A stretch of DNA of 64,000 nucleotides from Podarcis liolepis (lineage: Eukaryota), in NCBI GenBank assembly GCA_965112155.1, contig OZ218102.1; one strand, written 5' to 3'. Below, in pieces: positions 53,443 to 64,000 of this stretch; positions within the stretch are counted from its first letter, which is position 1, and every line of letters starts with the position of its first letter. The translations under genes were made by a program, and so were the position numbers. The notes under the pieces are model-generated. The model had not been told where the DNA came from, did no database searches, and saw nothing but the letters and a program-made list of their open reading frames with translations.

Positions 53443-54359
53443 CTTAAATAAAATACCACATTTATGTAAACATCCCTTTTCTGCAATGCTGAGCAATAGT
53501 TGCTCATGCCAAATCAAGCAATTATTTAGAAAGAGCAGTATCAAAAAGGAATGAAGCTATTAATAGCTCTTTAAATCCACTCCAAAAAAGTACACATGTA
53601 TATGTGTGTGTGTGTATACATATAAACAAAATATGTATATCCACCAAATATAAGACTTTGGGTGGTATCCAAATGTATTGCTCGGTTGATGGTAAGGTTG
53701 AAAAAGGCCTGACGTATCCTCCTGAGGATTTTTTGGGGGGAGGGGGGACAGGGGAGCACTGGCAATTGATTCCTGCTCTGTTGCATGAAGGGAAGATTTA
53801 CCATCAGCCGAGGAACACCTTTAAATGCAATCCTATGCTTATATGACAGAGGTCCAGGAAAGTTAGGAAATGATGAAGAGATGCACACTGAACTGTGGAA
53901 TTGGCAATGAGCACAAACAAAAACACAATATTTCCAGCCAACAGATGCTAAAGAACAGAAGTAGAAGCTGTTTCAACACAGCATGCTGCACTATGAGGCT
54001 GCAAGACATTACTTACAGAATGAAATCAGGTTTTGAAAGAGGACTTGGTGGAGTGGGAGAAAATGGAGGTCCTAATCATAATTAAGTTTTTCAGTACCTG
54101 CCCCAAACAGACCTATTACATATAATCAGTCAGTAGATTTATATGCTGCATTTTCCAGATTTGATCACAAAGTGGTTGGAGGAAAAAAAACCCATGCTAA
54201 ATACACTAACCAATACATACAGGAATAATAGTTCAGCAAGTGACAATTCATTCAAGATATATCAAAGGAAATTAAGTTGCCAACAAGCCAATTAATGAAT
54301 TCAAGAACTGAACATCTTTGAGTACATATTTTTGACCTATGGTCAAGTATATAACATAC

Positions 54360-54483
54360 CAATCTCGACAATTGATGGCATCACCGTATCCTGGTGTATC
54401 TACCACAGTTAGACGGAGCTTTACACCCCTTTCCTCAATTTCAACTGTTGAAGCTTCAATCTGCACAGTCCTTTCAATTTTCT
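54360..54483 (-). CDS. SEPTIN2: SEPTIN2 exon ([42 protein letters not shown])
   Basis: 124 nt, G3 motif DTPG. Confidence 0.97.
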
Positions 54484-54628
54484 CTGGAAAGGCAACAAAA
54501 TGTGATCTCAGGATGGCTGAAGGCAAAATTAAGAGCCTTTGAAGCAAGATCAAGAATCATCAGTAACTAAGTATCTAGCTAAACTACAGCTGAGCCACGA
54601 ACAGCAAAATAATCTGTATTTTTAACCA

Positions 54629-54858
54629 CAGTGGTACCTCCGATTACGAACTTAATCCGTTCGGAGGTCCGTTTATAAACTGAAACTGCTCGTAACATGA
54701 GGCATGCTTTCGCTAATGGCGCCTCCTGCCGCCGCCGCACGAATTCTGCTCGCACCCCGGGGCAAAGTTTGCAACAAGAAGCATCTACTTCTGGGTTAGC
54801 AGAGCTCATAAGCCACAGCATTCGCAAGGAGGATGGTACGTAACACGAGGTTCCACTG
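54629..54858. mobile_element. Tc1/mariner MITE, diverged subfamily
   Basis: CAGTGGTACCTCCG...ACGAGGTTCCACTG-TA, internal similarity to the other copies (GCTAATGG, TTCTGGGTTAGC). Confidence 0.75.
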
Positions 54859-55554
54859 TATTGGTTATATCGTAGAATTAAAAAGTTTAAAGTCTCCAAG
54901 GCCTTCTGGTACAAAAGGAAAGACATCTTCTCCCCCACCCTAAAACAGATCAATCTATATGGCCTTGATCACAATTTGCTATGAGCCCAACAAGGTTTTC
55001 TGTTGAGCAAATACATGCAAGTGTCAAAAGCAAGAGACTCAAACTACAAGATACAAAGGAAGGGCAAAAGAAACAAGGCCTAACATCAAGGCTAAAATAG
55101 TTAGTAAATGGGGAATAACTCCCTCATGAGGAATACTGCATTGCATTCTGACTTTTGAACTTTATCAGTATTTTTTGAAGATCAAAAAGGGGAAAGATGA
55201 AAGGAAACAATTATAAATGATTTACTATAAAAAAGTAAGAGCCTTCATCTAGGACTATTGTGTCAGAAACAGTGGTCTTATTCACATGTCCAGCTTAAAC
55301 ATAAGGTTATGAGGATGAGTCACAGTGAGCATTGGATTCATGCCCTATCCCCTTGAGAGTGGATGAGAAGGGATTGGGTTGTTTTAGATAAAATTCAATT
55401 TAGTGTTATGCCTCAACCCTAAAATGTGCTGAATGCAAACTACACCGAATGAAAAATTCTAAGCTCTTTGATGCTGCACCAGAGAGGGAGGGAAGGAAGA
55501 GGACACGAGCCCAGGACCTACCTTGTCTCATTCATGCTAAACTACAGTTTAATA

Positions 55555-56125
55555 CAGTGGTACCTTGGGTTAAGAAGGGACGCGGGTGGGCTGTGGGTTA
55601 AACCACAGAGCCTAGGAGTTGCCAATCAGAAGGTCGGCGGTTCGAATCCCCATGACAGGGTGAGCTCCCGTTGCTCGGTCCCTACTCCTGTCTACCTAGC
55701 AGTTCGAAAGCACGTCAAAGTGCAAGTAGATAAATAGGTACCGCTCCAGCGGGAAGGTAAACGGTGTTTCCGTGTGCTGCTCTGGTTCGCCAGAAGCGGC
55801 TTAGTCATGCTGGCCACATGACCCGGAAGCTGTACGCCGGCACCCTCGGCCAATAAAGCAAGATGAGCACCGCAACCCCAGAGTCGGTTATGACTGGACC
55901 TAATGGTCAGGGGTCCCTTTACCTTGGGTTAAGAACTTAATTCGTTCTGGAGGTCTGTTCTTAACCTGAAACTGTTCTTAACCCAAGGTACCACTTTAGC
56001 TAATGGGGCCTCCCGCTGCCGCGCGATTTCTGTTCTCATCCTGAAGCAAAGTTCTTAACCTGAGGTACTATTTCTGGGTTAGCGGAGTCTGTAACCTGAA
56101 GCATCTGTAACCTGAGGTACCACTG
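55555..56125. mobile_element. Tc1/mariner MITE interrupted by a Sauria SINE
   Basis: TA-CAGTGGTACC ... GGTACCACTG-TA, oriented opposite to the copies at 37585 and 43339. Confidence 0.88.
55577..55920 (+). mobile_element. Sauria SINE, full length
   Basis: GGGACGCGGGTGG head, B-box GGTTCGAATCC, flanked by TSD TACCTTGGGTTAAGAA (55561-55576, 55920-55935). Confidence 0.92.
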
Positions 56126-56361
56126 TATTATGTTCAAACCAGCCAAGTGGCTTTCATGAAATTGTTTTCAACTGCTCAGAAGTCTGCAAAAAGCTTTGTG
56201 TATTTTTATGGCCACATGGGGTAAGGAACAAGGCACTTAACTGGTACAAAACTGCATTAAGCACCCATGACTGGAAGTCCCCCCGCTTTTCAATCCTGGC
56301 TTACACAAATTTAGTGTTTAATAAGATTCAAAAACAGAAGACACCAAAATTTCATGTTTAC

Positions 56362-56448
56362 CAGCTGCTCCTGGGATTATTCTTTCTGGATAGAGATCTG
56401 TTAAGAACAGGCTGTTTATTAGAGTAGATTTTCCCAAGCCAGATTCAC
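56362..56448 (-). CDS. SEPTIN2: SEPTIN2 exon ([29 protein letters not shown])
   Basis: 87 nt, P-loop GESGLGKS. Confidence 0.97.
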
Positions 56449-57349
56449 CTAAGAATCAATTTGAAAATAAAACCGTAAGAAAGTATTACATATTAATGAA
56501 TCAGCAGAAGGTTGGACCTTTTACTATTGTACATTGTTACCTATTTCATTCCAAACTTGGCAACAGACAATGAACAGTTAATATTCTTCAGGCTTACAAA
56601 GCACACCTTCTAAATAAGTTAGTATTGTGACAATTATTTTCAGTGTTCCCTGCATGTAGGAACAAGCTCTTTCTGGGAGAAACCCAGTTATGGGGAAAGC
56701 TTCACATCTTGACATTTTGCCTATCAGACATCTTAATACTTGTGTGTGTTCCCAGACTTATTTTTGGGAACTCCAAACCATCTGCAAAAGAAATTACTAA
56801 TATGGATATGGCAAAAAATGTGTGCAATTTTTTGTGTAATGTTATCTTGTTATCCTGCCCTGTTAACAGTATCAATGAGGGGCAGGCTATAAATCGTTTA
56901 AATAAATAATTAAGGAAGGCAGCATTGTTTCAGATGGTGGCACGGATCTAATTTGCACTGCAAGTTAGCATCACTATAATAATCTTTACAAATGTTTGGA
57001 CAATTTTATCTAAAATCCCACATTAACTGTTTATTCTTTCATGTGCTGGAGCATTGAATGGGTTACCCAGAAGTTGCATGATCAACTTTCCTGATTCCCT
57101 AATTTTACTTCCCAAGAGGCATTTCCGAATCCTGCTATCAGAGAACCTTAAAAAAGATTTCAGCAATGGAAGCTGGCCCACTATTCTATAACTGAGTTAC
57201 AGATTCTTTAACAGGTTCAGATTTATACCTGCTAGTTCTTGTGAATAATGATTACTTCAGATATAACGTCTATACAGGATCTTCAAGAACAAAATTATGA
57301 ATAATTACTAAATTCTACTTTAATTTATTAAAATAAAAAGTGAGCTTAC

Positions 57350-57473
57350 CAACCACCATAAGGGTGAACTCAAAGCCTTTTTTCACAGACTTCCGATGAA
57401 CCTGGTTTGGAAGGTTTGCAAATCCAACATAACCAGGAGTTTCTGGATTTGTAAACTTTTCAGCAGGCTGTTG
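57350..57473 (-). CDS. SEPTIN2: SEPTIN2 exon ([41 protein letters not shown])
   Basis: 124 nt, polybasic region RKSVKK, ttttcAG/GTAAG boundaries. Confidence 0.96.
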
Positions 57474-58329
57474 CTGAAAAGAGAGGAATGTAAATTACAG
57501 ATTATTAGTTTAAATACTATTACATTCTGCTATTTAGAAGTGGAAAAATTGTTCATGGAAAAGCTACCTACTCTCTACACCTCCTCTGATTGTTCCTTCC
57601 TCTTGACTCCAATTGTGGAGTCTGGCCTGGCTCAAAAAAATCATTCCAGGCTTCTTACACCACAATTTATTACAACAGAAGTATCAGGACTGAAACCCTT
57701 TTTCCCTTGCCCCTCTTTGCCATTAACAAACTCTGGCTTGTTTTAAGACAGAATTCCTAACACAGGTGTACCTAGGGTCCCTTGCACCCTTCGTAAGGAG
57801 CTGTGTTGGCACCTCCCCTCCCCCATCCGGAAATATCACTTTACTGCAGAAGACAGGAAGCTTTTCCTGCATTTGATCTCACCATGACAGCAGCGTCACA
57901 TTGTCACACACACATATATGTCATGCACTCCATAATCCAATATCCAATTTCTGCACTCCTGACAAGGGGTGGGTTTTGCTAGCCCCTAGGTACGCCTCTG
58001 ATTCTCAACTCTGACATAGCCATGATTTTCAACCAAAAAGGAGGGAGGAGTGTTTGGCCCAGACACAGGACAGAGGGAGTGCATCTGTTCCTGCTTCTAG
58101 GGCTCTCAGCAGTTTTTTATACTGTTGGCTACAGTATCTTCCTGGACTAGCTCTGTTGGATAGTTTTAGGGGCACTTTTTTAGTGGTTCTATCCCTACCT
58201 GTAGGGCTGTGCCCGGAGAATAACATTGGGGGATTGCATCTCAGTCCCATGATCCTTGTGCTATTGTATTCCGCAGGGCACAATCTTGTTGCCAATACGC
58301 TGCTGTCAGTAGCAGCTATTACAAGTTAT

Positions 58330-59280
58330 GGGGCAAAGCATAATCAGTACACTGGTGGTATGTAGCTCTATTTCTCCATAACATCTGAGTTAGGAGAGGC
58401 TGAACATAAACTGAGTCTGAACCCCAGACATTGGAGTCACTGTGAGTGAGTGGTTCCGCTGTCAGAGAAAATGACCAGTTGCTTCCTCTGGCTGCAGTTG
58501 CACTCAGACTGAAAGAACAGGTTTGTAGTTTGTGGATGCTCCTGAATCAATCTCTCTCACTTGAGGCTAAGGCAGTCTCAGTGCCTAGAAGAGCCTTTTA
58601 CCAGCTACAGATTGTATGCAAACTACGGTCATTATTGGATAGAGATTAGCTGGCCATGATGATTCATGCATTGGCAACTTCAAGACTTGATTATTGCAAA
58701 TGCAGTCTACGTGGTGCTACCTTTGTCCTTGGTCTGGAAGCTCCAGGTGTAAAGTTATGCAGCTAAACTTTTGGTGGGGGGAAACTACTGTCAGAACATA
58801 AATTGAGTGCTTAAAATCCTGCATTGACTGCCAATATGTTACCAGACCAAGTTAAAGGTTATTGTACAAATATACACTGACCTTTTGGTCTAAGATACCT
58901 TAAGGAGTGCCTGATTCTTTATACCTCAGTTTGATCACAGAGATCTTTGAGGGATGCTTTGTTTGTTGACCCCCATATGGCTCAGATGCGCAGCTCAGGT
59001 CCACCAGGAGCTGTGCAATCAGTTCTGCGCAACTTCACCTTGGCTAAGATCAGACAGGCATCCTCCCTGTTGAAATTCAGGTGCTTGATAAAGGCTTTAA
59101 AGTAAATTTGATTAGGCCTATTTTCTGTTTACCTGTGGTTTCTATACTTTTAAGCAGCATATTATTTGACTTATCCACTGCTTTATTTATTGTTCTGTAA
59201 CCTGCTTTGAGACAATTTATGGTGAAAAGTGACGTATAAGTATTGGAAATAATAATTAAAAAATAATAAATAGAAATAGT
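58330..59280 (+). mobile_element. Degenerate L2-like LINE 3' portion
   Basis: Decayed RT-end text (RAFYQLQIVCKLRSLLD; CAAGACTTGATTATTGCAA; CTGCATTGACTGCCAAT) ending in an AATAA-rich tail. Confidence 0.7.
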
Positions 59281-59527
59281 ACTAAGTGACATGGTAAAAA
59301 GACTGCGGGAGAAAACATGACTCTTCTTATTTCCATAGAGGTAGAAGTAGTTTTTAAAAATCCATCCAATCCATCACCTAACATGGATTAACATGGAGAT
59401 TTTTTTAGAGAGCATAAAAGCAATGTGATTATATTCCTTCATTAGTTAATTTAGCACACCAGTATCATATAAATGTTTATTCAAAGAACAAACCATCAAA
59501 ATAGTTATGAGCAAAGGCACATCTTAC

Positions 59528-59536
59528 CTTGGACAT
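59528..59536 (-). CDS. SEPTIN2: SEPTIN2 start exon, CDS part (MSK). The exon spans 59528-59555.
   Basis: tctctccccccAG acceptor, AACATGTCCAAG|GTAAGA, in phase with the next exon. Confidence 0.92.
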
Positions 59537-61000
59537 GTTTATGGAGGTGAAGAATCTGGGGGGAGAGATCAGTTTTAATCCGAGATATTTAAAAACAGGT
59601 CTTTGAGAGATTATACAAAATTTGAAAAAAAAACACCCACAGAAAATTGTCGTTTAAAATTGATAAAATCTTATTACATTTCTGTGAAAAGGAGCAAGTG
59701 AAAGAGACTTTGGTAAAATGGCAAAAACTGAAGAGATGTCAACCAATAAAAGAAAATGATCAAAATGGGAAAAGTTAGTAATTTAATAATGTCATGTCTA
59801 CATGCTTGAGTGTAATTTTGGGAACACATTTTGAAGTTGTGACTTAAGCACCAACATCCATAATATCCTGCAGAATAGGAGTGCGAAATCCGAGTGGAAT
59901 TCCTAATAATTAAATACTGCATATGCCTGTTTCAATAGGAAATAGCTCTCTGTGGACATCAGAATTATGTATGGAGCTGAACCCGCCCACGACTGGAATG
60001 TGGGTCCCCTGAGAGCTTTCCACCCAGCATGTCCTCAACCTACAAAGGTTTTGCCCCTACAGCTCATACATGCACAAGTGGAGAACTATTGTTGGGGGAG
60101 AATTTTCATTTCGCTCGTAACTCAACTTTGCAGCATAAGCGCTGAGGAAGTTATCCAAACAGATGCAGGAGTCGGGAGAACGTAATCAAGACTCCCACTC
60201 CGTAAGCGAGAATCGCACATCCTCTGCAAACTGCCCCCTAGAAGGCCCACCCAGCACGTCACTCCTGCTCTTTCAGTACACACGACACATCCCCAACCTC
60301 CAACCGGAAATCTGTCGCTATACAGAGCGAACACAGCTGTGCTGTTCTTCTCCGCAATGGCATTTTTTAAATCCTCCTCTTTCGAGGGCAAGGCGCCCCC
60401 GCCCCCCCGTCTCTCTTGGAGGAGAAACACCCACCGGAGCTATGAACCCTTCCCAATTCACAAGCGATTTTCCTCCCTCGCCATTCTGTACTTGACTGGT
60501 AGCGTGGGAAGGAGCACCCGATGGTCATCTAGTCTCCACCCCCCCCACAATACAGTGATCGCAAGTGTTTTTGAGAGCCCCTTTCCCCGATGCTTTTTCG
60601 TCACGTTTGCAGTCAACTAAACTTGCTGACCCATCTGCCTTTTTGGCGGCGGAGAAACAGCGTCAGTCGCAACCCCTTTCCTCCCCACACACCCCTTTCC
60701 CCATTTCCTTCCAGCCCTCTGTTTCCTACTCCCATCCGCTGCCCTGCATTTCGTGGCGAAAATGCCGCCCGGGAGACAGCGGAGGGGCTGAAACCAGAGC
60801 AAGGGATGGCGAGGGGGGGCGGGGTCTTTCTCGCCTGAAAAGCGAGGTTTCCCCTCTCCCCTCACAGAGAAGACAGGCAGCGGCTCCCAGCGGGCCACAA
60901 GAACGCACGCGGGCGCGCGCCGAGGGAAGGAGCCCGTGGCCACCATCCCCCCCGCGGTTGCCCAGCCCCAGAGAGAACCTCCTCACGGGCAACGCCTTAC

Positions 61001-61080
61001 CTGGCAGCCGCGCCCCGTCCTCGCTTGCTAAACCGCCGCCGCAAATCTTCGAACCCGCCCAACCGCTTCACGGAGTTCAG
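61001..61080 (-). other. SEPTIN2: Putative SEPTIN2 non-coding exon 1 (TSS approximate)
   Basis: Strong minus-strand donor CAG|GTAAGG at 61000 inside the CpG island. Confidence 0.7.
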
Positions 61081-61370
61081 CGGCGCATGCGCGCTGGCGC
61101 CTTCCCACCCCCTCCCGCGGCCTGTGTCCTTAACCCGTCTCCATCCGCAGCGTGAGGCAAAGACAAGCCTCTTCGCGAAGAGCGCCCCCGCCCCGCGGCC
61201 CAGCCTTCGCACGCGACAAAGGCATGGGGGGGGGTAGTAACAAAGGCGCGTGCGCGACTCAGCCAATACTGGCTCGCTCAGCCCCGCCTCCCCCAGTTGC
61301 TATAGTGATACCCGAGGGCAAGGATGGGGGGGAGGAGTTTCCCCCTTTATCTTGGCGGGTCACGCACAAT

Positions 61371-61439
61371 CCCTTTCCTTTACCAAGATGGCGGCTGGTC
61401 CTTCGTATTCGGCATAGCTGTGCTGCGAGCCCATGCGAG
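61371..61439 (+). other. HDLBP: Putative HDLBP (vigilin) non-coding exon 1
   Basis: CCCTTTCCTTTACCAAGATGGCGGC followed by donor GAG|GTAAGA. Head-to-head position matches the known HDLBP-SEPTIN2-FARP2 synteny. No HDLBP coding sequence is in the window. Confidence 0.65.
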
Positions 61440-63103
61440 GTAAGAACGTATGCCTCCCGCAGGCCAGCCAGAACGTAAAGCGTGGAGCGGTAAAGGTATA
61501 CACGGAGCAATTTGCTAGTTTGACCTTTCTTTTCATGAAGGTTTTGTGGCTATGGCGAGATCACATTACCGGAACAGGGCCTGCAACGCGCGGGAGCTCC
61601 GAAATTAACCCTCATTAGTAACTCTATGGTGTCTTCAATTTCAATTGGCTGCTGAAGGGCACGTGGTGTCACTTGCCCAGTACCATAGAGAGTGCGGGAA
61701 TGAGAGGTCGTAGGGGGGGGATAGTCTAGAGGTGACCAGCTGTGGGGGTTCCTTTGCATTACTTCGTATTAGGTTCCGAACGGTGAACCTTGCGCTTGTC
61801 TCTTAACCCAGTAATTCATTGCAAGCCGGGAAAACTATCAGTGATCTCGAGCCCGTCTTTTCCACTCCCACAGAAGCAAAAGCATGTGTGTAAAATGTTC
61901 CCTACTATAGTTTAGGATGGCCAGATACAATTCTCACAAAAGGGATGGTGTCTTTCCTCATCCCTACATACCAACCACCTAGCAAATGCCATATATTAAG
62001 CTACTGCTAATGTACAGAAGCCCTGCTCTCCTTTGCACCTGGTGACCCTGTTATGTTCATAGACTACTGAGACCCATACAATGGAGAATTTAGCACTTGT
62101 TCATACTATTTTCTGCAAGGCCGACACATCTCTGGCTTTGAAAAGCCCTTCATCTCGGTTTTGTGCTGTGCTTAAATTACAAAGGCCAGCTGTTTTTGTG
62201 AATTTGATGTTGGCCCAGGCTACAATAGCTTCCCCATTTGCCACTTTACAGATTTTATTATATCTTTTTATAACATTTATTTAATATTTTTTTGTTATAC
62301 GTATCTGAAAATAAGTCTCATTGAACTCTGCAGGACTTACTTTAGAGTAGCCATGCATTAGAGTGTACTGCAGCAAGACAACATTACCATCCTTATTAGT
62401 AGTCCTGGGTTTGCATGTTATGAATTGGTAGCTTGCTAATGAATAAAAGAATAGATGCAGAAGAGTAGCAATAAGCAGGATATTTTTGCAACAAAGGTAG
62501 AAACTTCCAAAGCTCTGTAATTAGACAAGAATTATTTAACTTAGTAATAAATGATTAGGAACTGGTATGAACTACAAGATAACCATTTGCAGAATTTGAG
62601 TTGGTGTGATCTCAGCAAAATATGAAGAGCTTGAAACGGAACTCTTCAAATCAGGTTAGTGAGTAACAGAAAATGCAGATTCAGTTGCTAATCCCCTGCA
62701 AATTTACTTTAAAGCAATTTTTGTTTTGCATGATGGGACATGCAACACAATCCTGCGTGTTTTTACTTAGAAGTAAGGTCTACTGGCTGAATGACAGCTT
62801 TCTTCTGAATAACTATTTAGAATATCATTCCCAACATACACTGCTAAAGTTTGGTCTGCAGTCATATCCCCTACTTGCATTCTTCCTCAATGAAGCCTAA
62901 ATGTGTAACAGCATTTGCTTCCACTTCTCTCTTACTACCAGTTCCTATCCTGTTCCTAGTCTCTGTCACTTATTGTCTCAAATACCAACAGAATGTAGAT
63001 TTCAAAAATGCAAGGAACTGGGCTCTTCACATACTCAAAATACAGCATGCATATTTAACAGTATTTTATTTTTTAAAAAACTTGTATCTAGTATGGTCTA
63101 CAT

Positions 63104-63344
63104 TAGGAGTCAGCAAACTTTTTCAGCAGGGGACCAGTCCACTGTCCCTCAGACCTTGTGGGGGGCCAGACTATATTTTTGGGGGGAAATGAACGAATTC
63201 CTGTGCCCCACAAATAACTCAGAGATGCATTTTAAATAAAAAGACACATTCTACTCATGTAAAAACATGCTGATTCCCAGACGGCCAGGTTTAGAAGGTG
63301 ATTGGGCTGGATTCGGCCCCTGGGCCTTAGTTTGCCTACCCATG
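63104..63344. mobile_element. hAT (Charlie-like) MITE
   Basis: Termini TAGGAGTCAGCAAACT / AGTTTGCCTACCCATG, 8-bp TSD GTCTACAT (63096-63103, 63345-63352). Confidence 0.82.
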
Positions 63345-64000
63345 GTCTACATGGTGAATTATGTTTTTTTGAATAATTCAGTATTCTTCCTGGTCAGATA
63401 GCACGAATTCAACTATTGCCTTATAACTTCTTGAAGAATACTGAGACAGCCATTTTTAAAAAAATGCTTTTTTTTGTCCCTTGTAGCTTTTCACTTCTCT
63501 TAAGCAATGCAGATAATTTAAACACACATCCATAAACATTTCAAATGAAGAAACCACTCTTAATATTAAGATTGCTTAGATAATGGCCTAGTTGGGATGA
63601 TTTTATCTCAGTTTAATAAGCCGAGATACGTACAAGCCTTTTTCATGTACACAGCCCCTTCACTCCTCCCTTTGTGGTATGAGTAATCAAACTAGGAAGT
63701 CTCACTGATTAATCTTGGTTTCCCATTTCATCTGTACCAGGGAACTGTGATTACCAGCTTTTGAACACGCCAGGCTAGTAACTCATAGTTACTGAAGTTA
63801 ATAGCCAGAATTTCCTGACTTTGTTGAAATGATAAACCATAGAGACTCCCTCACTTGATTGCTGAAGCCATAATAAAGGAAGGTGTGAAGGAATTGTGTG
63901 CGTGGACAAAATATGAAGTATGACTCTCTGAATGTGGTCAATCAGTTTAACGACAGAAGAAGTTCTTAGCTTCCCTATTTGGAAATTTTCCTTTCCCTTG

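Larger units (their letters stand above)
60300..61620. promoter_or_regulatory. CpG island, bidirectional SEPTIN2/HDLBP promoter
   Basis: High CpG content, NRF1-type palindrome GCGCATGCGC at 61083-61092, CCAAT at 61263-61267, GC boxes at ~61185 and ~61282, YY1-type CAAGATGGCGGC at 61384-61395, outward-facing donors at 61000 (-) and 61440 (+). Confidence 0.88.

Noticed and set aside
60565-61510. ORFs up to 196 aa over the SEPTIN2/HDLBP CpG island
   Set aside because: Same GC-content artefact; they overlap promoter elements and non-coding exons.
61644-61665. ER-stress element (ATTGG near CACGTGG)
   Set aside because: Order and spacing match neither ERSE (CCAAT-N9-CCACG) nor ERSE-II (ATTGG-N-CCACG); only a generic E-box.
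1-64000. A novel multi-gene or prokaryote-type system
   Set aside because: Everything recognisable is explained by FARP2, SEPTIN2, the probable HDLBP start and squamate repeats. No unexplained long coding region is present.

Overview
This is vertebrate genomic DNA, most likely from a squamate (probably a lacertid lizard, judging by the Sauria-SINE copies and the CR1/L2/RTE/hAT/Tc1-mariner repeats). I traced by hand the spliced exons of two minus-strand genes. (1) The 5' part of FARP2: a non-coding exon 1 in a CpG island at ~32.3 kb plus 11 coding exons (393 codons, FERM and FERM-adjacent region), continuing past the left edge. (2) The complete CDS of SEPTIN2: 11 coding exons, 1092 nt = 363 aa + stop, with an intron just after the stop codon and a probable 3'UTR exon at ~44.6-46.3 kb. 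A CpG-island bidirectional promoter at ~60.5-61.6 kb is shared with a plus-strand first exon that is very probably HDLBP (conserved HDLBP-SEPTIN2-FARP2 order). All coding exons have GT-AG boundaries and matching phases. Almost all ORFs in the supplied track are spurious or partial exon overlaps. I find no support for a new multi-gene system. The most unusual structure is at 1-988: a Tc1/mariner-like element containing a very GC-rich ~90-bp array built from alternating hairpins, with a locally inverted patch and a collapsed hairpin tip. Smaller points of interest are uORFs, a TOP-like HDLBP start, a 101-bp insert in a SINE, nested TEs and a possible divergent lncRNA.
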